A program made the translations under genes and the position numbers. The notes below the pieces were generated by a model, which saw nothing but the letters and a program-made list of their open reading frames with translations, had not been told where the DNA came from and did no database searches. Below, piece by piece: positions 9,157-18,180 of a DNA stretch of 64,000 nt. Each line of letters starts with the position of its first letter. The first letter of the stretch is position 1. The stretch is from a virus (lineage: Duplodnaviria > Caudoviricetes), in the IMG/VR virus record IMGVR_UViG_3300021978_000001, positions 1 to 64,000 of that record. One strand, 5' to 3'.

Positions 9157-11412
9157 GTGGCTGATTGGAAGACGATGGACCTGGACCTCGGTGGGGTCAA
9201 GAACGCGCTGGATACTGTTCAGGGTGTCAGTGATGCGTTGCGCGCGGTCGGACAGATCGCTGCGACCATCCTCGACCTCTTGCGCGTGTTCACGGTTCCT
9301 TCCTTGCCCAACCCCATCGCTGCGGTCGCCAACGCGCTCGTGGCACAGCTCGAAGCCTTGCTGGATAGCCTCGCGGATACGGGCGTCTTCGGGCTGTATG
9401 TGGTCCCTACCTCCCTCGATGACCTCGCAGACAGCGCGGGGGGCTTCCCTCGCTTCTCGCAAAAGGTGATCGCGTCCTTCTACGATACCGATGACATCAA
9501 CCGACCCCAGGTGGGCGCGACCGGCGTCCTCGGTGGGATCGTGATCTATGTCAACGCGCCATCGGCAGCAGGGATCATCCAACAGGCCCTCGCGCTCTAC
9601 AACCTCTTTGGTCAGCGCCCTGAGATCAACTACCCCGCGCCAATCAATGTCCGCGCCACGCCCGCCGATGATAACGGCTCCGCGACGCCTGGGTTGCTCG
9701 AAGCCTTCCTCGAAACACGCGACCCCTTGACCACGATCTTGCTCGAATGGCAAGAGCCCACCTCCACGCAGTCGTTGTTCTTCGACCTCTTCGCGCAGAA
9801 CAAGTTCTACATCGAACGCAGCCGCACCCGTGACGGTATCCTCGTCACGCAAACCACCCCGAGCGTGAACGAAGAGGATTTCCTTGCCAAGCGTAAGCGC
9901 GAGCTTGCCGAGCTTCGCGGTGAGTGCCCTGTCGAGTTTCGAGAACCCGAGCTATCTCCTCGTGGTGAGCCTCGTTATGTCTGGGAGCCTCTCGACCCTG
10001 CTAACCCGTTCCTGGAAGCCGTGGATGCAGATGAGGGAGAAGGACGAGGCATCACAGGGAACTTCCTCGCGGGGACCTACTCCACCGTGTTGCGTGATGT
10101 GGACCCCGGGCAGGACAACGGGTACTACTACCGGATCACGAGCGTCCCCGAGGATACCGTCCTCGTGCAAGAGACCGCCGAAACCACGCTCGCAGATGGC
10201 ACGGCGCAACCGATCACGATCTACACCTTGCAGCTCGACGGGCAAGAGTACACAGGGAGCAGCCCGAGCGTTCCCGTGTATGGCTTTATCCCGGACATCG
10301 ACTTTAGCTCGCCAGCGGCGTTCAACCTCCCCGATGCCTTGCTCAACGTGTACCGTGCTGCTTACCTCTTGCGCATGGACACCACCGTGTTCAACACCAG
10401 CTCGCAGCCGCGTTCGGGCTCGGGGCTTCTCTCTCCGGTCATCCCGGATGTGATTCAGGCGCTCGACGTCCCGGACATCGCGTTTGACGGTGAAGGGCAG
10501 ATCACGGACGCGTTCGAGTCCCAGAACCCCGCAGGCTTTGTGGATAGCGATGATGGAACGTTCCGTCTTTTTCAGGGGTCGTTCTTCCCGGATGAGCGCT
10601 TCCCTGACGGTCCGCCTGGGTTTGGTGCATCGCGGCGCACGGTCGAAACCCTTGGCTCGGTGACGTCTTCGGATGCGATCGAACAAGATCCTTTCGCGGG
10701 CGCCAGGGAGCTGTTTGCTGCAAAGCTCGGTCTGACCCCGAGGCAGCGGTTCCGCCTGTTCACGGATCAGGTCGCCACAGACAAGATCGAACGCATCGTC
10801 CCCTTGATGACTCGCAACGAGACCTTGTTCGAGGCGTTTCGTATCGCTTATGTCAACGCGCAAGCAGACATCGAGGCGCTCCTGACGGGCTTCACGACCG
10901 ACTTCACGGTCACCGAGGAGGTCGGGGTACGTGAAGCAGTCGCGGCGCTCCTGGTGCTCGTGGATGGCCAGATCCGTCCAGGGCTTCCACCGAATTGGCG
11001 CTCGGTTCGTCTGTTTCGTGACGTGTTGCCTGAAGTGGACCTCGTGGGCGAGCGCTTGCTCAATGTCATCTCTGCGATCAACAATGCGATTCAAGGCGTG
11101 AACACGCGCCTCGATGCGACGGTCGAGGGGTTGCAACGCAGGTTGGCCGCGCTCGATGCCGTGGTCGATGCGCTCGACGAGATCATCGCGTTCCTCGAAG
11201 CGGCAGCGACGGTATCCTTGAACGCCTCGATTCTATTTGTACCGCCTACAGTTGGAGGCGTCGCAGCGTTTGTCGATGAGTTTCAAACCGCGACCAATCC
11301 TCCCGCATCTCTCCCGACAGACTACGGCGCTGGCTTCGTGCTCGCCGCAGGAGGAGACGCAGGAGAAGCGACCGCCCTCTTTAACGCGCTACGCCTTGTC
11401 TTTGGCTTCTGA
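9157..11412 (+). CDS. putative virion structural protein
   Basis: 751-aa ORF (GTG start), helical termini and acidic beta-rich core, in the structural gene run. Confidence 0.55.
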   Translation: MADWKTMDLDLGGVKNALDTVQGVSDALRAVGQIAATILDLLRVFTVPSLPNPIAAVANALVAQLEALLDSLADTGVFGLYVVPTSLDDLADSAGGFPRFSQKVIASFYDTDDINRPQVGATGVLGGIVIYVNAPSAAGIIQQALALYNLFGQRPEINYPAPINVRATPADDNGSATPGLLEAFLETRDPLTTILLEWQEPTSTQSLFFDLFAQNKFYIERSRTRDGILVTQTTPSVNEEDFLAKRKRELAELRGECPVEFREPELSPRGEPRYVWEPLDPANPFLEAVDADEGEGRGITGNFLAGTYSTVLRDVDPGQDNGYYYRITSVPEDTVLVQETAETTLADGTAQPITIYTLQLDGQEYTGSSPSVPVYGFIPDIDFSSPAAFNLPDALLNVYRAAYLLRMDTTVFNTSSQPRSGSGLLSPVIPDVIQALDVPDIAFDGEGQITDAFESQNPAGFVDSDDGTFRLFQGSFFPDERFPDGPPGFGASRRTVETLGSVTSSDAIEQDPFAGARELFAAKLGLTPRQRFRLFTDQVATDKIERIVPLMTRNETLFEAFRIAYVNAQADIEALLTGFTTDFTVTEEVGVREAVAALLVLVDGQIRPGLPPNWRSVRLFRDVLPEVDLVGERLLNVISAINNAIQGVNTRLDATVEGLQRRLAALDAVVDALDEIIAFLEAAATVSLNASILFVPPTVGGVAAFVDEFQTATNPPASLPTDYGAGFVLAAGGDAGEATALFNALRLVFGF

Positions 11413-11427
11413 CCCTGGAGTGCTCTC

Positions 11428-12246
11428 ATGAAACACCGCATCACCTTCCCCGTTGGCAATGGAGGAGGCTTCCTCGATATGACCTGGTTGCCCGAGAAGC
11501 AGCACTGGCGTTGCGACATGAACAGTCATGCGTATGGGCAGGTCGCGAGTCGCATCATCTTTAACCTGCACCCCAGCGCGCTCGAACCGCTCTATTGGAT
11601 GGCAGTGCATGCCGTGACCATGGGACTCCCGCAAACCACCTCACACGCCGCAGGGAGGGACCTGAAGCACACGCGCTTCACGGAGGAGAAGACAGCCAAG
11701 GTCAAGGCCACGGACCTGTTCGATGTGGAAGATCACGAAGAGTTTATCCTTGGGGGTGATCACGTCACGCTCGAACAAGGACATCTCCTCATGCGCATTG
11801 GCTACGACCAACAACTCTATGCGTGGGATGTGGGGAGTAACCCCCGGCTTCGTTTTACAATAGAAGCGCATGTCCAGGGCGCGCACTTCTACAACTTCGA
11901 GCACGAGATGAGTCTCGAAGGGGCCACAGAGTTGATGCGCGCGTTCCTGTCGATGCATCATGATACCTTCGAGGTCGCGCCCGAGCTTCTGGAGGAGGAA
12001 GGTAACCCCATGGGTATCCTCCCACCTGATCGTAAGGAACCCGAATGCCTGCGCGCCAACCGCGCGTATGAGATGGGGTATTTCTACAGCCCACATGGGC
12101 GCCTGCGTCGCCAGGAGTATGCGCGTCTTGCTACGATGCGTTATGCGCTCATGGTAGCAAAGCGCGAACAGGCAGAGAGAGACCGCCCGACGCGCAAGGT
12201 GGTCAAGTCGCCCGAGAAGAAGGTGCTCAAACGGGAAGAGTCATGA
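11428..12246 (+). CDS. hypothetical protein
   Basis: 272-aa ORF with GGAG RBS. Confidence 0.6.
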   Translation: MKHRITFPVGNGGGFLDMTWLPEKQHWRCDMNSHAYGQVASRIIFNLHPSALEPLYWMAVHAVTMGLPQTTSHAAGRDLKHTRFTEEKTAKVKATDLFDVEDHEEFILGGDHVTLEQGHLLMRIGYDQQLYAWDVGSNPRLRFTIEAHVQGAHFYNFEHEMSLEGATELMRAFLSMHHDTFEVAPELLEEEGNPMGILPPDRKEPECLRANRAYEMGYFYSPHGRLRRQEYARLATMRYALMVAKREQAERDRPTRKVVKSPEKKVLKREES

Positions 12247-12588
12247 TCAGCTATCTTCCCTTGTGATGATCAGGAACACAGGTGATTCCTCTTCCCCGGC
12301 AGGTTCTCGTCTGTCCGCCCTGGCCTTGAGATTCTCTAAGTGTCTCCTGGCCGCTGCCTTGCCGCTCCTGAGCGTGCCCTTGTGTTGGAAGTGGTGTCTC
12401 TCTTCCTTGTTCTTGAAGATCCCGTAGAATCCTTTATGAGCCTTCGAGTGCCGCGATAGGGTGTAAGTCCCTGCTTCCGCGACCGCTTCATATCTCCCCT
12501 CTTCGATCTTTTTCCAAGTCAACGTCATTGGTATACTCTCTTTGTGACAAGGCTAGAAGAATAATCTCAAACGGGAAGAGTCATGATC
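12226..12588. repeat. 23-bp direct repeat CTCAAACGGGAAGAGTCATGATC (12226-12248 and 12566-12588)
   Basis: exact copies read directly from the sequence; they bracket the 93-aa gene. Confidence 0.85.
12247..12528 (-). CDS. small hypothetical phage protein (TLTW family paralog)
   Basis: 93 aa, begins MTLTWKK; resembles the adjacent MTTLTWERT protein. Confidence 0.6.
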   Translation of the reverse strand: MTLTWKKIEEGRYEAVAEAGTYTLSRHSKAHKGFYGIFKNKEERHHFQHKGTLRSGKAAARRHLENLKARADRREPAGEEESPVFLIITREDS

Positions 12589-12971
12589 TGCAAGGTCACG
12601 CCTTTCCCGAAGCTGTCCAGGCTTCGGCCCACGCGCTCCAGGTGCTTTGCCTGGGTCGCGGTGATGGGAACCACCACGCCGCTAAAGCATCCCATCCCAC
12701 GCTCTTCCTCGTAAGCCGCATCGAGCCACGCATCCTTCACGCTGCGCTCGATCTTCTCGACCGTCATGCACGCGGTCAAGTGTCTCGCCAAACGCGCTGC
12801 ATGCTCCTTACAGCTCTTGAGGGTTCCTTCCCCGCCCACGGTCTTGACCTCACCCTCGGGTGACGTGTACGTGGCCTGGAAGCGTCTACCCTCACGCAAG
12901 ATCACGAACTCGCCTCGTGCGTGTTCTGCCTTGTACGTTTTTCCTGTCCTTTCCCATGTCAGCGTCGTCAT
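12567..12971 (-). CDS. small hypothetical phage protein (TLTW family paralog)
   Basis: start MTTLTWERT after AAGGAGG RBS, downstream of a promoter motif. Confidence 0.65.
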   Translation of the reverse strand: MTTLTWERTGKTYKAEHARGEFVILREGRRFQATYTSPEGEVKTVGGEGTLKSCKEHAARLARHLTACMTVEKIERSVKDAWLDAAYEEERGMGCFSGVVVPITATQAKHLERVGRSLDSFGKGVTLQIMTLPV

Positions 12972-13002
12972 GTCATCCTCCTTTCTGTGTGACAAGGATG
13001 TA

Positions 13003-13027
13003 TACCACAAGGGTATGCCACCGTAAA
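13003..13027 (-). promoter_or_regulatory. sigma70-like early promoter TTTACG-N12-TGTGGTA
   Basis: matches a motif recurring more than 12 times upstream of genes in this window. Confidence 0.7.
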
Positions 13028-13102
13028 GATTTGACGTCAAAAAGATGAGTACGATTCTAGGATGGGCCAGGCGTTAAGCGCTTGTTCCATGTTCTGGAAT
13101 GT

Positions 13103-13616
13103 GGAACAGACCCCACAAAGGTGGGGAACATGAAGCGACTTTTGCGCCCGTCGATAGGCGCTGGGGACCATCCCCGCATGCGCGGGGAGCATGCGATCTG
13201 CTCGCGAGTATGCCCAGGATGAGCAGAACCATCCCCACAAGGGTGGGGAACATGTCGGCAGCCCGTGCGTACCAAAAAGATGGGCGGCGCCATCCCCGCA
13301 AGGGCGGGGAACACTTGGCGCCCACACAACGCCAGATGAAAGGCACGGGACCATCCCCGCATACGCGGGGAACACTTTCTTCACTCATCTCGTATCCTTT
13401 TCACAGGACCATCCCCGCACACGCGGGGAACACTGTTCTTTGTAGATGAGTTCTTGCAGTTCTTTGGGACCATCCCCGCACGCGCGGGGAACACCTCGGA
13501 GACTACAACCTGAAGATTGCGGACGTGGGACCATCCCCGCACGCGCGGGGAACACTCGCCCGGTGAGCTTTCGATATTCGACCCCTTGGGGCCATCCCCG
13601 CACGCGCGGGGAACAC
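13103..13616 (-). CRISPR. type I-E array 1 (9 repeats, 8 spacers) downstream of cas8e-cas11
   Basis: 28-bp repeat GTGTTCCCCRCNNNNGYGGGGATGGTCC at mostly 61-bp period; degenerate trailer at 13103. Confidence 0.95.
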
Positions 13617-13637
13617 TCTGAGACAACCTGTCACACC
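13617..13637 (-). promoter_or_regulatory. short leader, family A (TGTGACA-N3-TGTCTCAGA)
   Basis: same repeat-proximal sequence at 17019 and 23280, variant at 18126. Confidence 0.7.
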
Positions 13638-13650
13638 AGGGCACACCAGG

Positions 13651-15828
13651 TCAGGCGCTCTTGACGAGTCCTTCCTCTTCCTGCGTCTGCATCTTGAAGT
13701 AAGCGCGCGTCCACTCGTCCTTGGTGTCCTGATCCCAGGTCAGCAGGCTCAGGAGCAGGTCTTCACGGCTCCCGCCCGCCCCTTCGAGCATCGAGAGACA
13801 CGTCAACATCTCGCGCCACACACCCTCGGGCTTGCGGTGCGCGAGGAGCTGGTGGAAGCGGTGTTCGAGGATGCGCTTGCCCGATGCCATGCAGCGCGCG
13901 ACCTTGGCCTTGCCACGGAAGTCTTCGGGCGCAACCCTCGCCATCGCCTTGGCCATGAGCGCGATGCAGTCCGTGTCCACCTTGTCCTCACCAAAGACAG
14001 ACTCGATGATGGTCAATACCTTGATGTAGAAGGGGATGACCTTCGTGGCTTCGAGCGAGCGCGCGGCGAGCAGGGCTTGACGGTCCGCGCCACGCACATG
14101 GTGCAGCGTCATCCAGTGCTTGTAGAGCATGGGGAGGAACTCATCTTTGCGGGCGTAGATTTGGCGGTGCATGGCGTCCTTCTTGGTCTGGTACGTGATG
14201 CCCAGCTTTTGGGCGATGGTGTCGGAGAGCTTGACGCGCTCCAGGTAGGAGGAAGTCGTCCCCGAATACTGCCCCACGACGAAATCGTAGGGGTGCTTGA
14301 CGTGCGAGAGGTGTTTGTTGAACTGCATGAACACCTCATCGGCCAGGGCGCGGTTGAAGCGCGGCAAGACCTCCTCGGTGTAGGTGTCCACGTCATCGGC
14401 GCGACGCACACCCATCACCAGATTGTCAAGGTGCTTGCTCATGAGGAGATCGAGCGGCGTGAGAAGCCTGGTTTTCGTTTTCCCTGCCACCTTTTTGTAA
14501 AGCCCGAGCCTCTCCGCCGTCGCGTCGAGATACCAATCCATTTCACGGATGCTTTCGAGCGCGTGGCTCAATGCGTCTCGTACAGCGGCAGCGTTCTTCC
14601 CGAAGAGAAGAGGGATCGTGGTATCCGTGCGCCCACGAATGATGCCTTGCTTGGCGTGCAAGGCCGTGACGCGAACGCGCGGGACACCGTTGCTCCACAC
14701 ATCGTAGATGTAGTCCAGATCAGCCATGCGCGCGGCGAGGTGCCTCAGTACAGGCACGCCCGGCGTGTGTTGGTCGAGGTAGATCGCTTTCCACGCCGAT
14801 GTTCCGAGCGTGTCATCCTGGGGCGCCTGGAGGATGCGCTCGCCGTCCTGCTTGCCTTTCGAGTACGTGGGGATGGTCGCGTTTTGCGGCCTGATCCAGA
14901 GACCCTCGTACTTGATCGCGCTCCCCTTCCCGCCGTTCTCATCTCGGAGCTTTTTGTAAAGCTCGTCCTGCGCGGGGCTGATGTAGATGAAGTGAATGAG
15001 GCCGTTCTCATCGGGGTCGGGAACCATGTACTCGCGCCATGGCACCAGAATCCCGAGCAAGGGGTGATGGTCTGCGGTGTGCAGAGCCAGACTGTCCCAT
15101 TTCCCCTTCTTGGTATACAAAGCGCGGAGCTTTGGCGGCTTGATCCAGGGGAGCGTGAAGTCGAGCGTCTTCTTGTGACCCCACAACTCGTCCATCTCGC
15201 TTCGCAGCAAGAGGTTACTGGTGAGGGTCTCCCAGAGGTCACGCCCCTGGAGCGTGAAGGACACTTCCGCGTTGGTGTCGCGCGTTCCCGATCCCCTGCC
15301 ATATGCGTTGCTCCCCAGGCTCATGTGGTCGAGCGCGGTGATATGAGCGATGACGTCGGGGACTTCCAGGGACATGTGGTAGTCCACGTCATCCCCGAGG
15401 CCCCAGGGACGCTGCTTCCCTGGGTAGTCGTGACCGTACTTGTCCGCAGCGACGCACGAACCGAGCGCGTGCGGACTCAGTGCTTCCTTCCATTTCTCCT
15501 GGAGGGCATACTCACGGTTCTCGGGGACGGTCTGAAGCGCGCGTGGGCCATCACCAAAGAAGTTGAAATCCTTGATGTGGGGTGCGAGCGCTTCGGTAAG
15601 CTCCGGGCGCTCCAGGATCATATCTTCCCACTCCTCGTTGGTCTCGGGAGGAGTCAGGTATTGGAGCATGGCGATGAGGAAGTGCTCGATCCCCTGGCTC
15701 CATGCCGCGAAGTCGTAGTCGAGCTGCAAGCCCTCCTCACGGAGACCGTCGAAGCTCACGAGCTTTTTCTCCCCTTTGGCATCGCAGACGCGGATGAAGG
15801 GGTCTGTCAGTAGGTTGAGTTGCGTCAT
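13651..15828 (-). CDS. cas8e: Cas8e (Cse1/CasA) fused to C-terminal Cas11 (Cse2/CasB)
   Basis: N-terminus LNLLTDPFIRV typical of CasA; last ~170 aa (RILEHRFHQLL...DLLLSLLTWDQDTKDEWTRAYF) typical of Cse2; one 725-aa ORF. Confidence 0.8.
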   Translation of the reverse strand: MTQLNLLTDPFIRVCDAKGEKKLVSFDGLREEGLQLDYDFAAWSQGIEHFLIAMLQYLTPPETNEEWEDMILERPELTEALAPHIKDFNFFGDGPRALQTVPENREYALQEKWKEALSPHALGSCVAADKYGHDYPGKQRPWGLGDDVDYHMSLEVPDVIAHITALDHMSLGSNAYGRGSGTRDTNAEVSFTLQGRDLWETLTSNLLLRSEMDELWGHKKTLDFTLPWIKPPKLRALYTKKGKWDSLALHTADHHPLLGILVPWREYMVPDPDENGLIHFIYISPAQDELYKKLRDENGGKGSAIKYEGLWIRPQNATIPTYSKGKQDGERILQAPQDDTLGTSAWKAIYLDQHTPGVPVLRHLAARMADLDYIYDVWSNGVPRVRVTALHAKQGIIRGRTDTTIPLLFGKNAAAVRDALSHALESIREMDWYLDATAERLGLYKKVAGKTKTRLLTPLDLLMSKHLDNLVMGVRRADDVDTYTEEVLPRFNRALADEVFMQFNKHLSHVKHPYDFVVGQYSGTTSSYLERVKLSDTIAQKLGITYQTKKDAMHRQIYARKDEFLPMLYKHWMTLHHVRGADRQALLAARSLEATKVIPFYIKVLTIIESVFGEDKVDTDCIALMAKAMARVAPEDFRGKAKVARCMASGKRILEHRFHQLLAHRKPEGVWREMLTCLSMLEGAGGSREDLLLSLLTWDQDTKDEWTRAYFKMQTQEEEGLVKSA

Positions 15829-15831
15829 CGG

Positions 15832-16575
15832 TCAAGCTCCTTGCGTGAGGGTCTGGTAGGTGCCCTGGTGCTCGACGCGCTCGCGTTGCGAACCCGTCTT
15901 GGTCAGGTCATTGGGGACGTCGCGGCGGTAGTGCTCCTGCTCGACCTCACCGAGCGCGAGCGACTTGTCCCAACGCACCTCGCCGGGGTAGCAAGCGACG
16001 CCTTGCTCTGCCAACAGCGGGAAGCTCGAAAGGTGCGCCTCCCTGAGCGCGCTCAGAGCGTCCGTAGCCTCCAGGATGCGTGGGTTGAGGGGTGAGCTAG
16101 GGGTACAGCTCTTGCGTCCAATGTAGACCGGCCAGTGCGGTTTACGCAGCGCTTGGCAGAGGTCTTCGATGTGCAGCGCTTCTCCCACCTCCAAAATGAC
16201 CGTGAACGCATGGTCGATGAGGTAGTCCCGCTCGGTGAGCATGGTCTTGACGTGGGGGTGATGGACCGCGCCCTTGCGCGTGGTCGGCATCGGCGCGCTC
16301 TTGTTCGGGCCTTCAACCCACTTCACCGTGTGGAAGTCTCGCTGGTAGGAGGGCGTCGTTTGCCCCACGCGATAGGCGAGCGTGACCATCTTCGTGTTGT
16401 TTGCGAGCGCGTGGTGCATTGCTCGCTGGTGACGGGGGATACCGAGCGCGCAGGCAAGAAGCCCGAGCACCGCGCTCTTGGTTGGGGCACTCTCCGTGGT
16501 GCGCATGTTCGCCGTGGCGACGCCCCCAAAGGACATCATCGGGGCGCGGAGATCGAAAGCAAGGTATTGTTTCAT
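15832..16575 (-). CDS. cas5: Cas5e (CasD)
   Basis: LAFDLRAPMMSFG...PTKSAVLGLLACALGI, RDYLID and YIGRKSC motifs; start MKQY after AGAGG. Confidence 0.95.
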   Translation of the reverse strand: MKQYLAFDLRAPMMSFGGVATANMRTTESAPTKSAVLGLLACALGIPRHQRAMHHALANNTKMVTLAYRVGQTTPSYQRDFHTVKWVEGPNKSAPMPTTRKGAVHHPHVKTMLTERDYLIDHAFTVILEVGEALHIEDLCQALRKPHWPVYIGRKSCTPSSPLNPRILEATDALSALREAHLSSFPLLAEQGVACYPGEVRWDKSLALGEVEQEHYRRDVPNDLTKTGSQRERVEHQGTYQTLTQGA

Positions 16576-16611
16576 AACTTCCTCTTGTTGGTTTAGGACA
16601 CACACCTTTCA

Positions 16612-16636
16612 TACCACAGATGATACGAGGTGTAAA
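16612..16636 (-). promoter_or_regulatory. promoter for cas5-cas8e/11 (TTTACA-N12-TGTGGTA)
   Basis: recurring motif, directly after the array 2 trailer. Confidence 0.65.
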
Positions 16637-16637
16637 A

Positions 16638-17018
16638 GGAACACTCCCACAATGGTGGGAAAAAGACTCTCATCGCATCGGACCAGAACCATCCCCACAG
16701 AGGTGGGGAACACTAGTCTCGCGTTTCTTCGACGCCAAGTGTGAACGGACCATCTCCGCACATGCGGAGAACACTTTATGCATGCATTGCCAATCTTCAA
16801 TCCGAAGGGACCATCCCCGCGTGCGCGGGGAATACGCAATCGTGACATGGTGCGCTTATAATGCCGTGGGACCATCCCCGCAAAGGCGGGGAACACGCAC
16901 CCGTGACGCTCGTGATTTCGGTCGCCCCGGGACCATCCCCACACGCGTGGGGAACACTGAAGGCGCCCTCATCGGCACACAAGATCATGGGGACCATCCC
17001 CACACGCGTGGGGAACAC
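16638..17018 (-). CRISPR. type I-E array 2 (7 repeats, 6 spacers) between cas6 and cas5
   Basis: repeats at 16638, 16686, 16747, 16808, 16869, 16930, 16991; leader A at 17019. Confidence 0.93.
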
Positions 17019-17050
17019 TCTGAGACATCTTGTCACAGTTACAAGCACAG

Positions 17051-17776
17051 TCACAGAAGCTCGATCTGCGGCGCGGGCTTCACGAGCATCATCCCGGCAC
17101 CGAACGCCTTGCCGCGTCCCAACCCCTCGCGCCACACGGTCATGAAGGCGTCCACGTCCGTCACGCGCACGCGCATCTCGACCTGCACCATGTCCACCAC
17201 GATCTTGCGTCCGCGCTTGCGACCCTCGGAGCGCTGCATGTCGGTCAAACACTCCAGGCGCTCGATGGTGAAGCCGCACTTGTCCGCGCGGGCTTCCATC
17301 CACTCGACCATGAGATCGTGGAGAGGGCGCGCCTCGCGGTCCTCGATGGCGGCGAAGATGCGCTCGTAGGTATCCACGGCGAGGCGCTTGGGCTGGCCAT
17401 CCTCGATCAAGCGCTTGTCTCGTGTCTGGATCGTCGGGTTCACCCAGACGCGGACGTGCAAGGGTTGACCTTCGGTGAGCTGTGGCGTCATCTCTCGCGT
17501 CTGCACCTGGAAGTAGGGCGTCTCGCGGGGAGGCTCTTGAGAGATCATGTAGAAGATCCCACCCGTGGGAGGCGTACACAGGTAAGGGCGCTCACCCCCA
17601 GCCTCGACCTCGAAGAGTTCATAGAGGAGCTGGTGCAAGGCGTAACAGCCCTCGCCGCTCATTTGCATGAGCTTCTTGACACCCTGTTTCGTGTAGCGGC
17701 ACTGCGAGAGGTAGATGGGAGCCTCCTCGGATGCGGGTTTTGGTGGATTGAAGAGTTCTTGTTGTTGTGCAGTCAT
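17051..17776 (-). CDS. cas6: Cas6e (CasE) crRNA endonuclease
   Basis: HQLLYELF, VRVWVNPT and C-terminal G-loop GLGRGKAFGAGMMLV. Confidence 0.95.
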   Translation of the reverse strand: MTAQQQELFNPPKPASEEAPIYLSQCRYTKQGVKKLMQMSGEGCYALHQLLYELFEVEAGGERPYLCTPPTGGIFYMISQEPPRETPYFQVQTREMTPQLTEGQPLHVRVWVNPTIQTRDKRLIEDGQPKRLAVDTYERIFAAIEDREARPLHDLMVEWMEARADKCGFTIERLECLTDMQRSEGRKRGRKIVVDMVQVEMRVRVTDVDAFMTVWREGLGRGKAFGAGMMLVKPAPQIELL

Positions 17777-17788
17777 TGTTCTTCCTTT

Positions 17789-18125
17789 GAATTATCCCCA
17801 CTCATGTGGGGAACGTTTTAAAGAGCCTATCACTCAGCGTCAGGCTGGAATCGAACCATCCCCACAAGGGTGGGGAACACCGATTCGCGCGCCCTTATGT
17901 CCTAGTCCAAGACGGGACCACCCCCGCGTGTGCGGGGAACACTCTTCGGGGAGTGCTTCGAGGTCGCTTGCCGCAGGACCATCCCCGCATGCGCGGGGAA
18001 CACGTAATCCTGACCCAGACGATTCAGTTTGGTCACGGACCATCCCCGCACATGCGGGGAACACGCGACCCTCACCCGAAGCCTTGGAAGGTCGTAAGGA
18101 CCATCCCCGCGTATGCGGGGAACAC
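17789..18125 (-). CRISPR. type I-E array 3 (6 repeats, 5 spacers) between cas7 and cas6
   Basis: repeats at 17789, 17853, 17915, 17976, 18037, 18098. Confidence 0.93.
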
Positions 18126-18180
18126 CCTGTGCCACTTTGTCACGGTTGATGACAGGAGTGACACAGGGGAACGAAGGTCA

